64,000 nt of DNA from Thermoproteota archaeon (lineage in GTDB: Archaea > Thermoproteota > Thermoprotei > Gearchaeales > Gearchaeaceae), in contig JAVVGF010000002.1 in NCBI GenBank assembly GCA_032249235.1, positions 159,475 through 223,474 of the forward strand, read 5' to 3'. Made by a program: the position numbers and the translations under genes. Shown piece after piece: positions 1 through 10,086 of the stretch; position 1 is the stretch's first letter; each line of letters opens with the position of its first letter. The notes below the pieces were generated by a model. That model did no database searches. It was not told where the DNA came from and saw only the letters and a program-made list of their open reading frames with translations.

Positions 1-835
1 TCTTCTCTAGATGCCAATAAAAGTTATATAGAAAAATCCAGTTTAATAAATTGATAAAATCATTCCAATTATGGGTTCCATAATCTAAATGATGATATTC
101 CTGTGGTAATATTTTTTCGTTTGTACTTAAATAAAAGTATGGTAAATATGTTATTATAAAGACCAAGAAAACGATTGATAATGATAATGGAATCGATAAT
201 ATCTTATTTCTTTTTATTTCAAAGATTGAAAATAAAATTAAAGTTATAATCAAAGGTAGCATTGTAAGCTTCACTGCAATAGCAAGACCGAAGAATACAG
301 AAAGAAGAATAAATCCTAAGTTTTTATCTCTTGCATACAAATAAGCCAATATTCCAGAGGCGAAAAAGAATAAGCAAAATGAATCAAGCATAGCAGATCT
401 AGACAGAGATACATTTAAAGGATCGATCGATATAAGAAAAGAAAATAAAAGCGCTTTATCTTCTCTTACTATTTTCTTGGCGATTAAATAGGATATGTAG
501 ACTAATACAATATTGAACAAAGCTGAAATTAATCTTGCGCTGAAAAGTGAATCACCGAAAAGTCTGAGAGAAAATGCAAAAATTAACTTGCCTAACAAAG
601 GGTGCTCGTAATTAACATGGTTAGGTTGGGAAATAAGAACAGTATCACCTACTAACTGGGTATAAAGCGGGTTTGTCTTTCCAAAGGCATAATACTCTGC
701 AGTTCTGAAATAAACTTCTTCATCAGGAATAAAAGGAGGCTTTAACATTAAGTTGTATAAGCGTAGGAAGGCAGCTAGAATAATAATGGTGGTGATAATA
801 AATTTTTTATCGCCTAAACTCTTGACCAATTGCAT
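1..835 (-). CDS. GT-C fold membrane glycosyltransferase (PMT/ArnT, GT39/GT83-like); 3' end runs off the window
   Basis: Not in the ORF track. Hand translation from ATG 835 is open to position 1: MQLVKSLGDKKFIITTIIILAAFLRLYNLMLKPPFIPDEEVYF...NYEHPLLGKLIF...SRSAMLD...GLAIAVK. The DE, HP-LGK and GLA-AVK motifs and many TM helices are typical of PMT_2. Confidence 0.8.
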   Translation of the reverse strand, partial: MQLVKSLGDKKFIITTIIILAAFLRLYNLMLKPPFIPDEEVYFRTAEYYAFGKTNPLYTQLVGDTVLISQPNHVNYEHPLLGKLIFAFSLRLFGDSLFSARLISALFNIVLVYISYLIAKKIVREDKALLFSFLISIDPLNVSLSRSAMLDSFCLFFFASGILAYLYARDKNLGFILLSVFFGLAIAVKLTMLPLIITLILFSIFEIKRNKILSIPLSLSIVFLVFIITYLPYFYLSTNEKILPQEYHHLDYGTHNWNDFINLLNWIFLYNFYWHLEK

Positions 836-2039
836 CTATTACATCATCAAAATATGAAGGGGTTGATGGATAAAAAGAATTTAACTGATCAATATTTACA
901 TTTAATTTTGATAGTGCATAAAGTATATTAATTATTTCGTCAGCTTTTTTTGACACACAACTTCCTCCAAGAATTCTACCATCGTCAGCAACTATCAATT
1001 TCAGATAACCCACAGAATTATCTATCATACTTTTTATGGATTCATCGAAACGTATTTTATAGACCTTAGCTAATTGAACATCCTTTTCTTTCAAACCGAA
1101 AGAAGCAATCTTTGGATCTGTATTTATAACATAAGGATGAAGTTTATCAATAAATTTTACTGTTTTACCAATTGCATTAAGCGCAGCAATCTTTCCTTGG
1201 AGTTTTGCAATATTTGCTACTCCAGCGCTAACCAAATCGCCTGCTACAAACATATTTTCTTTTATCCGCAAATACTCATCGAATTGCAAGCTATTCAAAT
1301 TTAAAGAATTTGTATTAGGTTTCCAACCGATACAAGAAAAAACCAAGTTGGCTTTAATTTTACCTCCTTCAAACTCCACATAAAAATCCTTATTATGCTG
1401 GATCTTTTTAATTTCTTTATTTAAGATAACATTGATTCCTTTGTTCTTGAGCAACTCTAAGTAAAATAGAGATATATCTTCATCTTCAAGACTTAGTATC
1501 CTCTCTTTCTTCTCTATTATCGTGACTTTTGAGCCTAGATTATTAAAAATTTCTGCAATTTCTATTCCCTCAGGCCCTGCACCTACTACTACAACATTTT
1601 CGAATGAACCTTCTAGAGAAAGAAGTTCATCGCTATAACGAATAAGATCTGGAAAATTAAAATCTAGTCTGATCGGTAAAGAACCTGTACAAAGAATTAT
1701 TTTATCATTTTTATCATAAAAGATAGTTTCATCTTTCAAAACCAACTTATAATCATAAACAATAGCTTTATCGGCGATCACTTTTACATCATTTCTTTCT
1801 AATGTATTTTCATATTTTTTCCTTAAATTTATAATTATATGATTTGCATATTTTATTATTTTATCTAAATTTTTCTCTTTTTTACTTGCTTCAATCAAAA
1901 TTTTACTAGGGATACATGTTTTATTTAAAAAGTTACCTCCAATTGTTTCATCTATTAAGTAAGTTTTGATTCCATTGTAAGCTAAAATCAAAGATGCATT
2001 GATACCAGCAACCCCACCCCCAACTACATAAGCTCTCAT
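807..2039 (-). CDS. pyridine nucleotide-disulfide oxidoreductase (lipoamide dehydrogenase/LpdA-like) with atypical active site
   Basis: GGGVAG FAD motif, GGNFLNKTCIPSK, GAGPEG NAD(P) motif, AGD, C-terminal dimerisation domain (DGRILGG). Confidence 0.8.
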   Translation of the reverse strand: MRAYVVGGGVAGINASLILAYNGIKTYLIDETIGGNFLNKTCIPSKILIEASKKEKNLDKIIKYANHIIINLRKKYENTLERNDVKVIADKAIVYDYKLVLKDETIFYDKNDKIILCTGSLPIRLDFNFPDLIRYSDELLSLEGSFENVVVVGAGPEGIEIAEIFNNLGSKVTIIEKKERILSLEDEDISLFYLELLKNKGINVILNKEIKKIQHNKDFYVEFEGGKIKANLVFSCIGWKPNTNSLNLNSLQFDEYLRIKENMFVAGDLVSAGVANIAKLQGKIAALNAIGKTVKFIDKLHPYVINTDPKIASFGLKEKDVQLAKVYKIRFDESIKSMIDNSVGYLKLIVADDGRILGGSCVSKKADEIINILYALSKLNVNIDQLNSFYPSTPSYFDDVIDAIGQEFRR

Positions 2040-2087
2040 AAAATAAGAATTACGAAAGAATATTTTTTACTATGCTATTAATATCGA

Positions 2088-3308
2088 GTGGAAGAATTAT
2101 TAGAAAAATTAAAGAAAGGAGAATTAAAGCTTTATGAAATAGAGGAATTTACGAAAGATGTTAATAAGGCGAGTGAAATTAGAAGAAAGTTTCTTGAAGA
2201 AACACTAAAAATAAGCCTAGAATACCTTGGAAAATATTCGATAGATTTGAATTTGACTTATAGAAAGAATATTGAAAACGCAATAGGTTGTGTACAAATA
2301 CCTTTGGGAATTGCAGGACCTTTATTGGTAAATGGGGATTATGCAAAAGGATTTTATTATATTCCTCTTGCAACAACAGAAGGTGCCTTGGTAGCGAGTG
2401 TGAACAGAGGTTGCTCTATTTTAACAGCTTCTGAAGGTGTTAGAACAAAGATCCTAGAAGACAAAATGACAAGAGCCCCTCTTTTTAAAGTAAAGAACAT
2501 AAGTAGAGCTTTGGAAATTGTTGAGTGGATAAATGAACATTTTCAAGAATTAAAAGAGAAATTTGAAGAAGGATCGAGACATCTTAAATTAAAGGCAATA
2601 AAACCTTGGATAATCGGTACTAATCTCTGGTTAAGACTTGAAGCAGAAACTGGAGACGCAATGGGCATGAATATGGTAACGATAGCCAGCGATAGATTTG
2701 CTAAATTTTTGATCGAAAAAAATCCCGATCTGGAACTGGTAGCGTTAAGTGGAAATTTATGTACTGATAAAAAAGCCGGTTCAATCAATTGGCTGTTAGG
2801 TAGAGGTAAAAGTGTCATCGCTGAAGCTTTCATTGCTAAAGAGATACTAGAAAATAAATTAAAAGTCGCACCGAAGCAAATAGAAGAGGTAAACAATAGA
2901 AAAAATATACTAGGCAGCGCTTTCGCACATGCTTATGGATTGAATGCGCACATGGCAAACGTAATAGCTGCTATTTTCTTAGCGACAGGCCAAGATGCAG
3001 CTCAAATAACCGAATCTTCAATGGGTATAACCTATGTAGAGGCTAATGATAAAGGCTTGTACATATCCGTTTATTTACCTTCTTTAGAAATCGGAACAGT
3101 AGGGGGCGGTACGCATCTACCGACTCAAAGAGAAGCTTTAAGGATTATGGGTTGCGAAGGAGCGGGAATATACGCAGGTTATAACGCTAAAAAATTCGCA
3201 GAAATAATAGCTGGTGCATGTTTAGCTGGAGAGCTATCTCTTTTAATAGCATTAGCTAAGAATGAGTTAGCAAGATCCCACGAGAAATTAGGAAGAGTAA
3301 AAAATTGA
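2088..3308 (+). CDS. hmgA: hydroxymethylglutaryl-CoA reductase (NADPH), class I
   Basis: ENAIG, PLATTEGALVASVNRG, DAMGMNM, SGNLCTDKK, GTVGGGT and GELSL motifs. Confidence 0.97.
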   Translation: MEELLEKLKKGELKLYEIEEFTKDVNKASEIRRKFLEETLKISLEYLGKYSIDLNLTYRKNIENAIGCVQIPLGIAGPLLVNGDYAKGFYYIPLATTEGALVASVNRGCSILTASEGVRTKILEDKMTRAPLFKVKNISRALEIVEWINEHFQELKEKFEEGSRHLKLKAIKPWIIGTNLWLRLEAETGDAMGMNMVTIASDRFAKFLIEKNPDLELVALSGNLCTDKKAGSINWLLGRGKSVIAEAFIAKEILENKLKVAPKQIEEVNNRKNILGSAFAHAYGLNAHMANVIAAIFLATGQDAAQITESSMGITYVEANDKGLYISVYLPSLEIGTVGGGTHLPTQREALRIMGCEGAGIYAGYNAKKFAEIIAGACLAGELSLLIALAKNELARSHEKLGRVKN

Positions 3309-3904
3309 GTAATATTTTTATAATAAAAAGGGCTTTTAGAAGAATAATAAAATCATGGCTCAGACCAGCTTCCTTTTTGATAGAATTTAACATAGAATAT
3401 GATATGGTAGGGCCCTTAATACTGGGCGTCATTTATTTTTTCCTCGGAATTTTATTTACTATATTAAGAACAATTACAATAAAATTAGATTATACTATTA
3501 TACTCTTAAATGGATTATTGAATTTAATAGAAATTATACTTACGCCTCTAATTTTATTAGCGTTTATTAGCATATACAAAATAAAAATTTATTTAAAAAG
3601 AGATTTTTCTTTAATATGTTATAGCTTTTCGATTAAAAATATATTATACATTGTAAATATTTCTTTAAGTTACATCTATTTGTTTCTATACAATATTCCT
3701 TTAATTCTTCTAATTACTCAATTGATATTAGTAATATCAATAACTTGGTCTCTCACATTGCAATATTATTATCTAAGAGCAGATAAGGGTATACGCTCAT
3801 TCTCTTTATTGTTCGTTGTATTACTAGCATGGATGAGCGTATTTACTATACTTCAAATCATTTCTTATGCTTTAGAGAGAATTGGTTTTTATAAAATTAC
3901 TTGA
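3305..3904 (+). CDS. hypothetical multi-pass membrane protein
   Basis: About 5 hydrophobic helices; overlaps the hmgA stop by 4 nt. Confidence 0.6.
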   Translation: MSNIFIIKRAFRRIIKSWLRPASFLIEFNIEYDMVGPLILGVIYFFLGILFTILRTITIKLDYTIILLNGLLNLIEIILTPLILLAFISIYKIKIYLKRDFSLICYSFSIKNILYIVNISLSYIYLFLYNIPLILLITQLILVISITWSLTLQYYYLRADKGIRSFSLLFVVLLAWMSVFTILQIISYALERIGFYKIT

Positions 3905-3922
3905 TGGAAAATAAAGAAATTA

Positions 3923-4213
3923 TTGTTAAAATTCCATGAGGTAATTAATTTAATATTATTAGAGAAAACTTTATTCGTGACAATAAAAAGATTAACACTA
4001 AAAGATTTAGAAGAAAGATTACAGCTAGTTTCCTCTGAAATCATTAAAATAAACACAGAATTAGCTCAAGTGAAAGATGAATCTAAAAAAACGAATGAAA
4101 TAGATAATAAAGTAGAGGAACTCTCAAGAAGAGTTGAAAAAGTTGAAAAGAATCTTGATGAAATATACAGTTATCTTCAAAAACTTTATGAGTATTTAAT
4201 CAAGAACCTTTAA
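3923..4213 (+). CDS. small coiled-coil protein (probable start GTG 3977)
   Basis: Heptad-rich, E/K-rich sequence LKDLEERL...VEELSRRVEKVEKNLDEI. Confidence 0.6.
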   Translation: MLKFHEVINLILLEKTLFVTIKRLTLKDLEERLQLVSSEIIKINTELAQVKDESKKTNEIDNKVEELSRRVEKVEKNLDEIYSYLQKLYEYLIKNL

Positions 4214-5564
4214 GAACCTTTCCGAAATAGGAACCTGGAAAAGGGTGTTTCATTATTTCACGTAGAAGTACAGTTGCATAGCAACCTCTATAAAGAGCAA
4301 AATTTAACTGGACAGTGTTCGTGTTAAAAATATCGTCTTTAATTATATTATAACTAAGCTTTATTAGTGGCTTCAAATCTATCCTCCTATATGAACCCTT
4401 TAGTCCAATGAACTTATTACCTAACCAAATCTTAAAGTCTTGAGGTCTAATACCTTCCTCGATTAGAATTTCACGAATCAAATCACCCATGATTCCACTG
4501 CTAATTTTAACTTTATAACCTAAGACAGGCAATACTATAGCTATTTTATCTTTACTTAATAACTCTTTAGCTCTCTCTTTAGTTATTCCGCTTCCTACGG
4601 TTAATGAAAAGAATACTGGCACACCTGAATCTATAGGAGATACTAAATCGCCTTCTTCTATATTGAGCATTCCCAGTGATAATCTTTTAGATAAGAAGCG
4701 ATTAAAGAGATAAGATGAATAGGCTTCAATAAATAATCTCAATGCAGGTGTAGGTAATTTAGCTAAGGCACCGAGATAGTCGTTTGGATTATGTAGAAGA
4801 TGTTCGAGAACTATTCGTTCATACAACAATTCCTCTGGAAAATATTTTAGAGCTTCTTTTGGATCGTGAGTATCTAAAAATATCTTTCTAGCTAATATTC
4901 GTTCTTCTGATTCTAAAGGATCGATAGTTCCTATCAATTCATCTACAGCTTTTTCGTAATCATTTTTTATTATCGCTTCACCTATTTTATGAGTTACAGG
5001 CCTAGGGATTCCAAAACGTTGATAGCCGAAATAGTTGGGTATAAATTCTTGTATGGTGATCTTTTCAAGGACTTCTTTTATCGAATTCTCATCTAATCTT
5101 ACGTCTCTTATAAGTAAAGTGAAATTATTACCCAAATGATGACCGAGTCTAGCTGGACCATAAGCATAAGAATGGCCTAAAATTTCTATATTTTTAAATT
5201 TTGAATTGATTATCTCTTCAGCTTTTACATTTCTTAAAGAAAAACACTGGACTGCAATTGCTCTTCTATCTTTTATACCATATACCCCTATGTCAGAAAG
5301 TTTTAATCTGTATTTCTGCAAGAAAAGATGTATAACGTCGTTCGTTGTTATATTCCTTTTTTTCACTATGAGATATAGATATCTGCCCTTGTTAGGTAAG
5401 TTTAAGTTTATTTTCTTATTATATGCTAGAATTGTACCATCTTTTAGAATTTCTTCAACGATGAAATCATCAGCCTTGAACTTAATTTTGCCTAATAAAG
5501 GAATTGTATCCGTTATAAAATATTCAATGCCCATATATTTTTCAAAATCATATGCTATTCTCAT
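4200..5564 (-). CDS. truD: tRNA pseudouridine(13) synthase TruD
   Basis: DFIVEE, GIKDRRAIAVQ, GNNFT, NYFGYQRFG, GCYATVLLREIMK. Confidence 0.96.
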   Translation of the reverse strand: MRIAYDFEKYMGIEYFITDTIPLLGKIKFKADDFIVEEILKDGTILAYNKKINLNLPNKGRYLYLIVKKRNITTNDVIHLFLQKYRLKLSDIGVYGIKDRRAIAVQCFSLRNVKAEEIINSKFKNIEILGHSYAYGPARLGHHLGNNFTLLIRDVRLDENSIKEVLEKITIQEFIPNYFGYQRFGIPRPVTHKIGEAIIKNDYEKAVDELIGTIDPLESEERILARKIFLDTHDPKEALKYFPEELLYERIVLEHLLHNPNDYLGALAKLPTPALRLFIEAYSSYLFNRFLSKRLSLGMLNIEEGDLVSPIDSGVPVFFSLTVGSGITKERAKELLSKDKIAIVLPVLGYKVKISSGIMGDLIREILIEEGIRPQDFKIWLGNKFIGLKGSYRRIDLKPLIKLSYNIIKDDIFNTNTVQLNFALYRGCYATVLLREIMKHPFPGSYFGKVLKGS

Positions 5565-5568
5565 TCGA

Positions 5569-6417
5569 TTAAAATGTATATCCTGGCATTATTATATTTA
5601 AAAAAAACAAAGAAGCTATTAAAGATATAAGTAATAAAATCAAAGAAATCATAAAGGCAGCTTCAATTCTTAGATTTACATAATAAAAAATGCATGTTGT
5701 TAGTAATGTAAATGAGAAAAATAGTGGTATGAGATAAATTAGGAAATAATATATAAAAAATATTTTAATAAAAAAATTATTGTAAAATACATAATATAAA
5801 ATAGAAAATATAACTATTGGTATGAAACTTACCAGTACACCTAAACAAAGTCTTATCGAGTTCTTAACGTAGCCGAAAATGCTTGATAAAAAGTACGAAA
5901 GCGAAATTACTAATGCAGAATTCACTAAGAATAGAATAATCTGACTAATTGATGAAATAGAAAGATAAGGCGGTAGCATCATTAGAACAACGGGGATTAA
6001 TCCACTCATCATCATTCCGATCATTCCACCCACAAGAACTAAGTTACTTATGATTATTAACATAAGAATGCCTTGTCTATCAATATTTTTGAAGAAAGAA
6101 ATTGGAAAGAGATAAGGTAATGAAAAAACAAAAGAAGTCATTGAGGAAGGGATAGTATGAAAACCTTTACTTTCCTCCAATAGCATGTAATATATCCTTT
6201 TTCCTGTATTCGTTAATCTGTATCTTCCATCATCTGCTTTTTCTATAATTCCTTTTAGTCTTTTTAAGGCATCATAAAATGTTCCTGGAGATATATCCAG
6301 CTTCTCTATAAGTTCGGTAGCTTTAAAGCTTTCATACTCACCAAGTAAGAAGATGAGCTTTCTAGAAGTCTCATTGGATGCAATTCTATAATATTTTGCT
6401 AAAAAATCTTCGTTCAC
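5569..6417 (-). CDS. winged-HTH (ArsR-like) domain fused to a multi-pass membrane domain
   Basis: N-terminal SNETSRKLI...ISPGTFYDALKRL...YRLTNTG, then about 6 TM helices. Confidence 0.75.
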   Translation of the reverse strand: MNEDFLAKYYRIASNETSRKLIFLLGEYESFKATELIEKLDISPGTFYDALKRLKGIIEKADDGRYRLTNTGKRIYYMLLEESKGFHTIPSSMTSFVFSLPYLFPISFFKNIDRQGILMLIIISNLVLVGGMIGMMMSGLIPVVLMMLPPYLSISSISQIILFLVNSALVISLSYFLSSIFGYVKNSIRLCLGVLVSFIPIVIFSILYYVFYNNFFIKIFFIYYFLIYLIPLFFSFTLLTTCIFYYVNLRIEAAFMISLILLLISLIASLFFLNIIMPGYTF

Positions 6418-6494
6418 GGCTATTAAAAAATAGCCGAAATATAAAAGGATTTTCTCACAAACTTTTATCTTTAATCTGATATTCTTTTCCTATA

Positions 6495-8885
6495 ATGCTG
6501 AAAAATTATGATTATAAACTCATAGAGGAAAAATGGAGAAAAATTTGGGAAGAAAAACAGATATATAGATTTGATGCAAGTAAAGATAAACTCTATTCTA
6601 TTGACACACCGCCGCCCTATCCCACAGGAGAACTAACGCCTGGAAATGCACTCAACTACATTTATCTCGATGTTGTGGCGAGATATAAGCGGATGAAAGG
6701 TTATTCGGTACATTTACCTATCGGATTCGACTGTCATGGTCTTCCTACAGAAGTAAGGGTAGAAAACATAATAGGTAAAAGAAGAAGTGAAGTTGATTGG
6801 AGAGAATTCAAGGAGCTATGTTCAAAATATACTGATGCATGGATTGAAGCAATGGAAAAAGATTATAAACGGCTAGGGATCTCTTTCGACTGGAATTTAA
6901 AATATGTAACAAAAGATCCTTCTTATTGGAGAAAAGTACAACTTTCTTTTATTTTGATGTATAAAAAAGGTTTAATATATAAGGCGGAACATCCTGTTTT
7001 TTGGTGCACTAGATGCGAAACAGCTATTGCAGAAGCAGAAGTTGAATATAACGTAGTTGAAAAAAATCTTTATTATATAAGGTTCAAAGTCGATGAAAAA
7101 GAACTAATAATAGCAACGACAAGACCCGAACTTTTAGCTGCAATTGTTGCTGTTGCTGTTCATCCTGATGACGATAGATATAAAGATATAATAGGTAGAA
7201 AAGCAAAAGTGCCCTTGTATGAAAAAGAGGTTCCTATTATAGCATCTACCGAAGTCGATCCAAGCTTTGGTTCAGGAGCAATGATGATTTGTACTTATGG
7301 TGATAAACGCGATGTCAAAATCCAGAAAAGATTTAAGCTTCCTGTCATTAAATTAGTAACTAAAAACGGCATTATTTCAGAAGAAGGGATTTGGATAAAA
7401 GGATTAAGAATTAATGAAGCGAGAAAAAAGATCGTTGAGATATTGAAAGAGAATAATTTAATCGTAAAAGAAGAAAAGATAACAAGTGAGCAGGGTTCTT
7501 GTTGGAGATGTCATACTCCTGTAGAGATAATACCTGAAAAACAATGGTTTGTTGCTTCAACTAAATTAGCTAATAGAGTTTTAGAGGTTGCAAAAAAAGA
7601 AATAAAGTGGGTGCCTGAATATCAATACAAAAGATTAGAAGATTGGGTAAACTCACTTGATTGGGACTGGGTCATTTCAAGACAAAGAGTATTCGCTACA
7701 CCAATACCAATATGGTATTGTAAAAATTGTAACTACATTATAGTTGCAGAAGAAGATTGGTTACCAGTAGATCCTAGAATTCAGCCTCCAAAAATTGAAA
7801 AATGCCCAAATTGTGGTTACAATGAGTTTGAAGGAGAAAAAGATGTTATGGATACATGGATGGATTCAAGTATAACCTGTGCCATCCATGCTGGATGGCC
7901 GGATAAGTTTGATGAAAGATTGTTCCCTGCAGACTTGCAACCGAATGGTTATGATATTATTAGAACTTGGGATTATTACTTGCTGGTAAGACATCTTGCG
8001 CTATTTGATAAACCTGCTTTCAAAGTAGCATTAATAAACGGAATGGTTAGAGGTACAGATGGAAGGATGATGCATAAAAGTTATGGTAACGTAATTCCTC
8101 TTAATGAACTTTTGGATAGATATGGAGCTGATGCTTTTAGGCTGTGGGCAACAGGTTCAGTTAAAACAGGTTCTGATGTGACTGTTAGATTTGAAGATTT
8201 AGATTACAATAAAAGATTCCTCATAAAATTATGGAATGCTGCTAAATATGTTCTCATCTACACAAAACCTGTTAGCGAACAAGTTGAGATAAAAAAGTTG
8301 ATGGATAAATGGATTATTAACGAATTACATCGCACAATTAATAAAATCAATAGTTATATGGAAGAATTTCAATTCTTTGAAGCTTTGAATGAATTAAGAA
8401 GTTTTGTTTGGGATAAATTCTGCGATGAATATCTTGAAGCTATAAAATATAGAACAGCAAGAGAAGATAAAGTCGCTTATTATGTAGCTAGATATGTTTT
8501 AGAAAATATCTTGTTATTGCTTGCTCCTTTCGCTCCGTATATAACAGAAGAACTGTTTGAGAAATTAGGATATAAAGAAAGCATACACCTTAAAAAATAC
8601 CCTGAGAACATGCCTGTTGATGAAAAAGCTATAGAAAATGGAAACATATTAGTAGCCATTATTTCAGAACTGCGAAGAATAAAAGTTGCTTCTAGAATAT
8701 CTTTAGCAGAACCATTAAAAAGCCTCGCGATATATGCAGAGAATTTCGTAGAAATATTAGAAGAAGGTTATGAAGATATCAAAAATGTGCTTAGAATTGA
8801 GGATTTACAAATTAAAAAGGAAGGTATTGGAGAGAGAGCAAGCGAGAAAATAAAAGGTATATCTTACACCATTACCTTTTCTTAA
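6495..8885 (+). CDS. valS: valine--tRNA ligase (archaeal type)
   Basis: DTPPPY, GFDCHGLPTE, ATTRPELL, WDWVISRQR, DVMDTWMDSS, DIIRTW. Confidence 0.96.
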   Translation: MLKNYDYKLIEEKWRKIWEEKQIYRFDASKDKLYSIDTPPPYPTGELTPGNALNYIYLDVVARYKRMKGYSVHLPIGFDCHGLPTEVRVENIIGKRRSEVDWREFKELCSKYTDAWIEAMEKDYKRLGISFDWNLKYVTKDPSYWRKVQLSFILMYKKGLIYKAEHPVFWCTRCETAIAEAEVEYNVVEKNLYYIRFKVDEKELIIATTRPELLAAIVAVAVHPDDDRYKDIIGRKAKVPLYEKEVPIIASTEVDPSFGSGAMMICTYGDKRDVKIQKRFKLPVIKLVTKNGIISEEGIWIKGLRINEARKKIVEILKENNLIVKEEKITSEQGSCWRCHTPVEIIPEKQWFVASTKLANRVLEVAKKEIKWVPEYQYKRLEDWVNSLDWDWVISRQRVFATPIPIWYCKNCNYIIVAEEDWLPVDPRIQPPKIEKCPNCGYNEFEGEKDVMDTWMDSSITCAIHAGWPDKFDERLFPADLQPNGYDIIRTWDYYLLVRHLALFDKPAFKVALINGMVRGTDGRMMHKSYGNVIPLNELLDRYGADAFRLWATGSVKTGSDVTVRFEDLDYNKRFLIKLWNAAKYVLIYTKPVSEQVEIKKLMDKWIINELHRTINKINSYMEEFQFFEALNELRSFVWDKFCDEYLEAIKYRTAREDKVAYYVARYVLENILLLLAPFAPYITEELFEKLGYKESIHLKKYPENMPVDEKAIENGNILVAIISELRRIKVASRISLAEPLKSLAIYAENFVEILEEGYEDIKNVLRIEDLQIKKEGIGERASEKIKGISYTITFS

Positions 8886-10056
8886 AAGTTTCCTTCTTTA
8901 TTCCCGCTTCTCTTCTTTCTTCTTCAGTATATTCGAAAATATTTTTGAAAAGCTTTTCATGCCCCTCAGTAAATTTAATTTTCTTACTTTCCATGAAACG
9001 CTTAGCTGTTTCAATTGCTGATTCAAGATAAATCTCATAGCCTTCTTTTTCATATCCCGACCACATCGTAAAGCTGGGAATCGATCTATCTAGAAAATAA
9101 AGAACATGAGAAGAAAATCCTACACTCAAACCGCTAAAGATCATCGCCGAAATAGAAGTCTTGGAATGATCTCCTAGGAAAGCGCCTAATTTACGCATAC
9201 CCGTTCTTTCCAAACCTTTTAGATTATCATATTTGATTTCGCCATATGTATTCTTGATATTAGAAAAAACTGTATGGGCACCTATATTTACCCATTCACC
9301 TATATAAGAATCGCCTATGTAGCTTTGATGCCTGCTATTAGTATAGTCTAAAATGATTGAATTGGTTACCTCTCCTCCTATTGTACAATGCTTACCTATG
9401 TAAGATCTACGTATATTTGAACCGGTTACTACAAGCGTTGAATCGCCTATGTATGAGGGCCCTTCAATCCTTGAAAACGCTTGAATGTATGCCGCATCAC
9501 CTACGAATATCGGTCCTTCACGCGTATCGAACATAACGTTACCCTCAATGTTGAAAACTCCATTAGAAATCACAGGATATTTACCTACAACATTATTACT
9601 TAATTTTACAGCTTCATAAACGCTTGAAAAATAAATTAGGTCTTCGAATAAAGTTTCCTTATTGTGTCTAATTAAATCATATGGTTTTTCAATAATTCTG
9701 ACCTCTACATTCAAGACCTCATTTTTAGTTTTAGCTTCTTCCAAGTTGCCTGCATAGCCTAGAAGGATATCTTTGCATTGTATTAAGAAATTTTTGCTTT
9801 TCTTCGAGATTAATTTTTCTAAGAATTTGTTATCGATTATAAAATTCGAAAATAAAACAACGTCCCCTTCTTCTTTAAGCAGATCTTTACCTCTCAGGAT
9901 AGGATTTCTAATGACGACTTCTATTTCTTCCTTGCCAAAAATTCTTAGTCTATCTATAATTGATAACGCGCCTACTACGAGTTTAAAAGCGGGTCTGCTC
10001 AACGTTAGTGGAAACAGATTTTTATATACCTCACCCTCATCGAGAACTATACGCAT
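8872..10056 (-). CDS. GlmU-related putative sugar nucleotidyltransferase with hexapeptide-repeat domain
   Basis: LFPLTLSRP N-terminus, GPIFVG/IEGPSYIG repeats, GGEVTNS, YIGDSYIGEWVNIGA, SNIKNTYG. Confidence 0.85.
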   Translation of the reverse strand: MRIVLDEGEVYKNLFPLTLSRPAFKLVVGALSIIDRLRIFGKEEIEVVIRNPILRGKDLLKEEGDVVLFSNFIIDNKFLEKLISKKSKNFLIQCKDILLGYAGNLEEAKTKNEVLNVEVRIIEKPYDLIRHNKETLFEDLIYFSSVYEAVKLSNNVVGKYPVISNGVFNIEGNVMFDTREGPIFVGDAAYIQAFSRIEGPSYIGDSTLVVTGSNIRRSYIGKHCTIGGEVTNSIILDYTNSRHQSYIGDSYIGEWVNIGAHTVFSNIKNTYGEIKYDNLKGLERTGMRKLGAFLGDHSKTSISAMIFSGLSVGFSSHVLYFLDRSIPSFTMWSGYEKEGYEIYLESAIETAKRFMESKKIKFTEGHEKLFKNIFEYTEEERREAGIKKETFKKR

Positions 10057-10086
10057 ATGTTTTAAAGCTCTTATATAGATAAAAAA

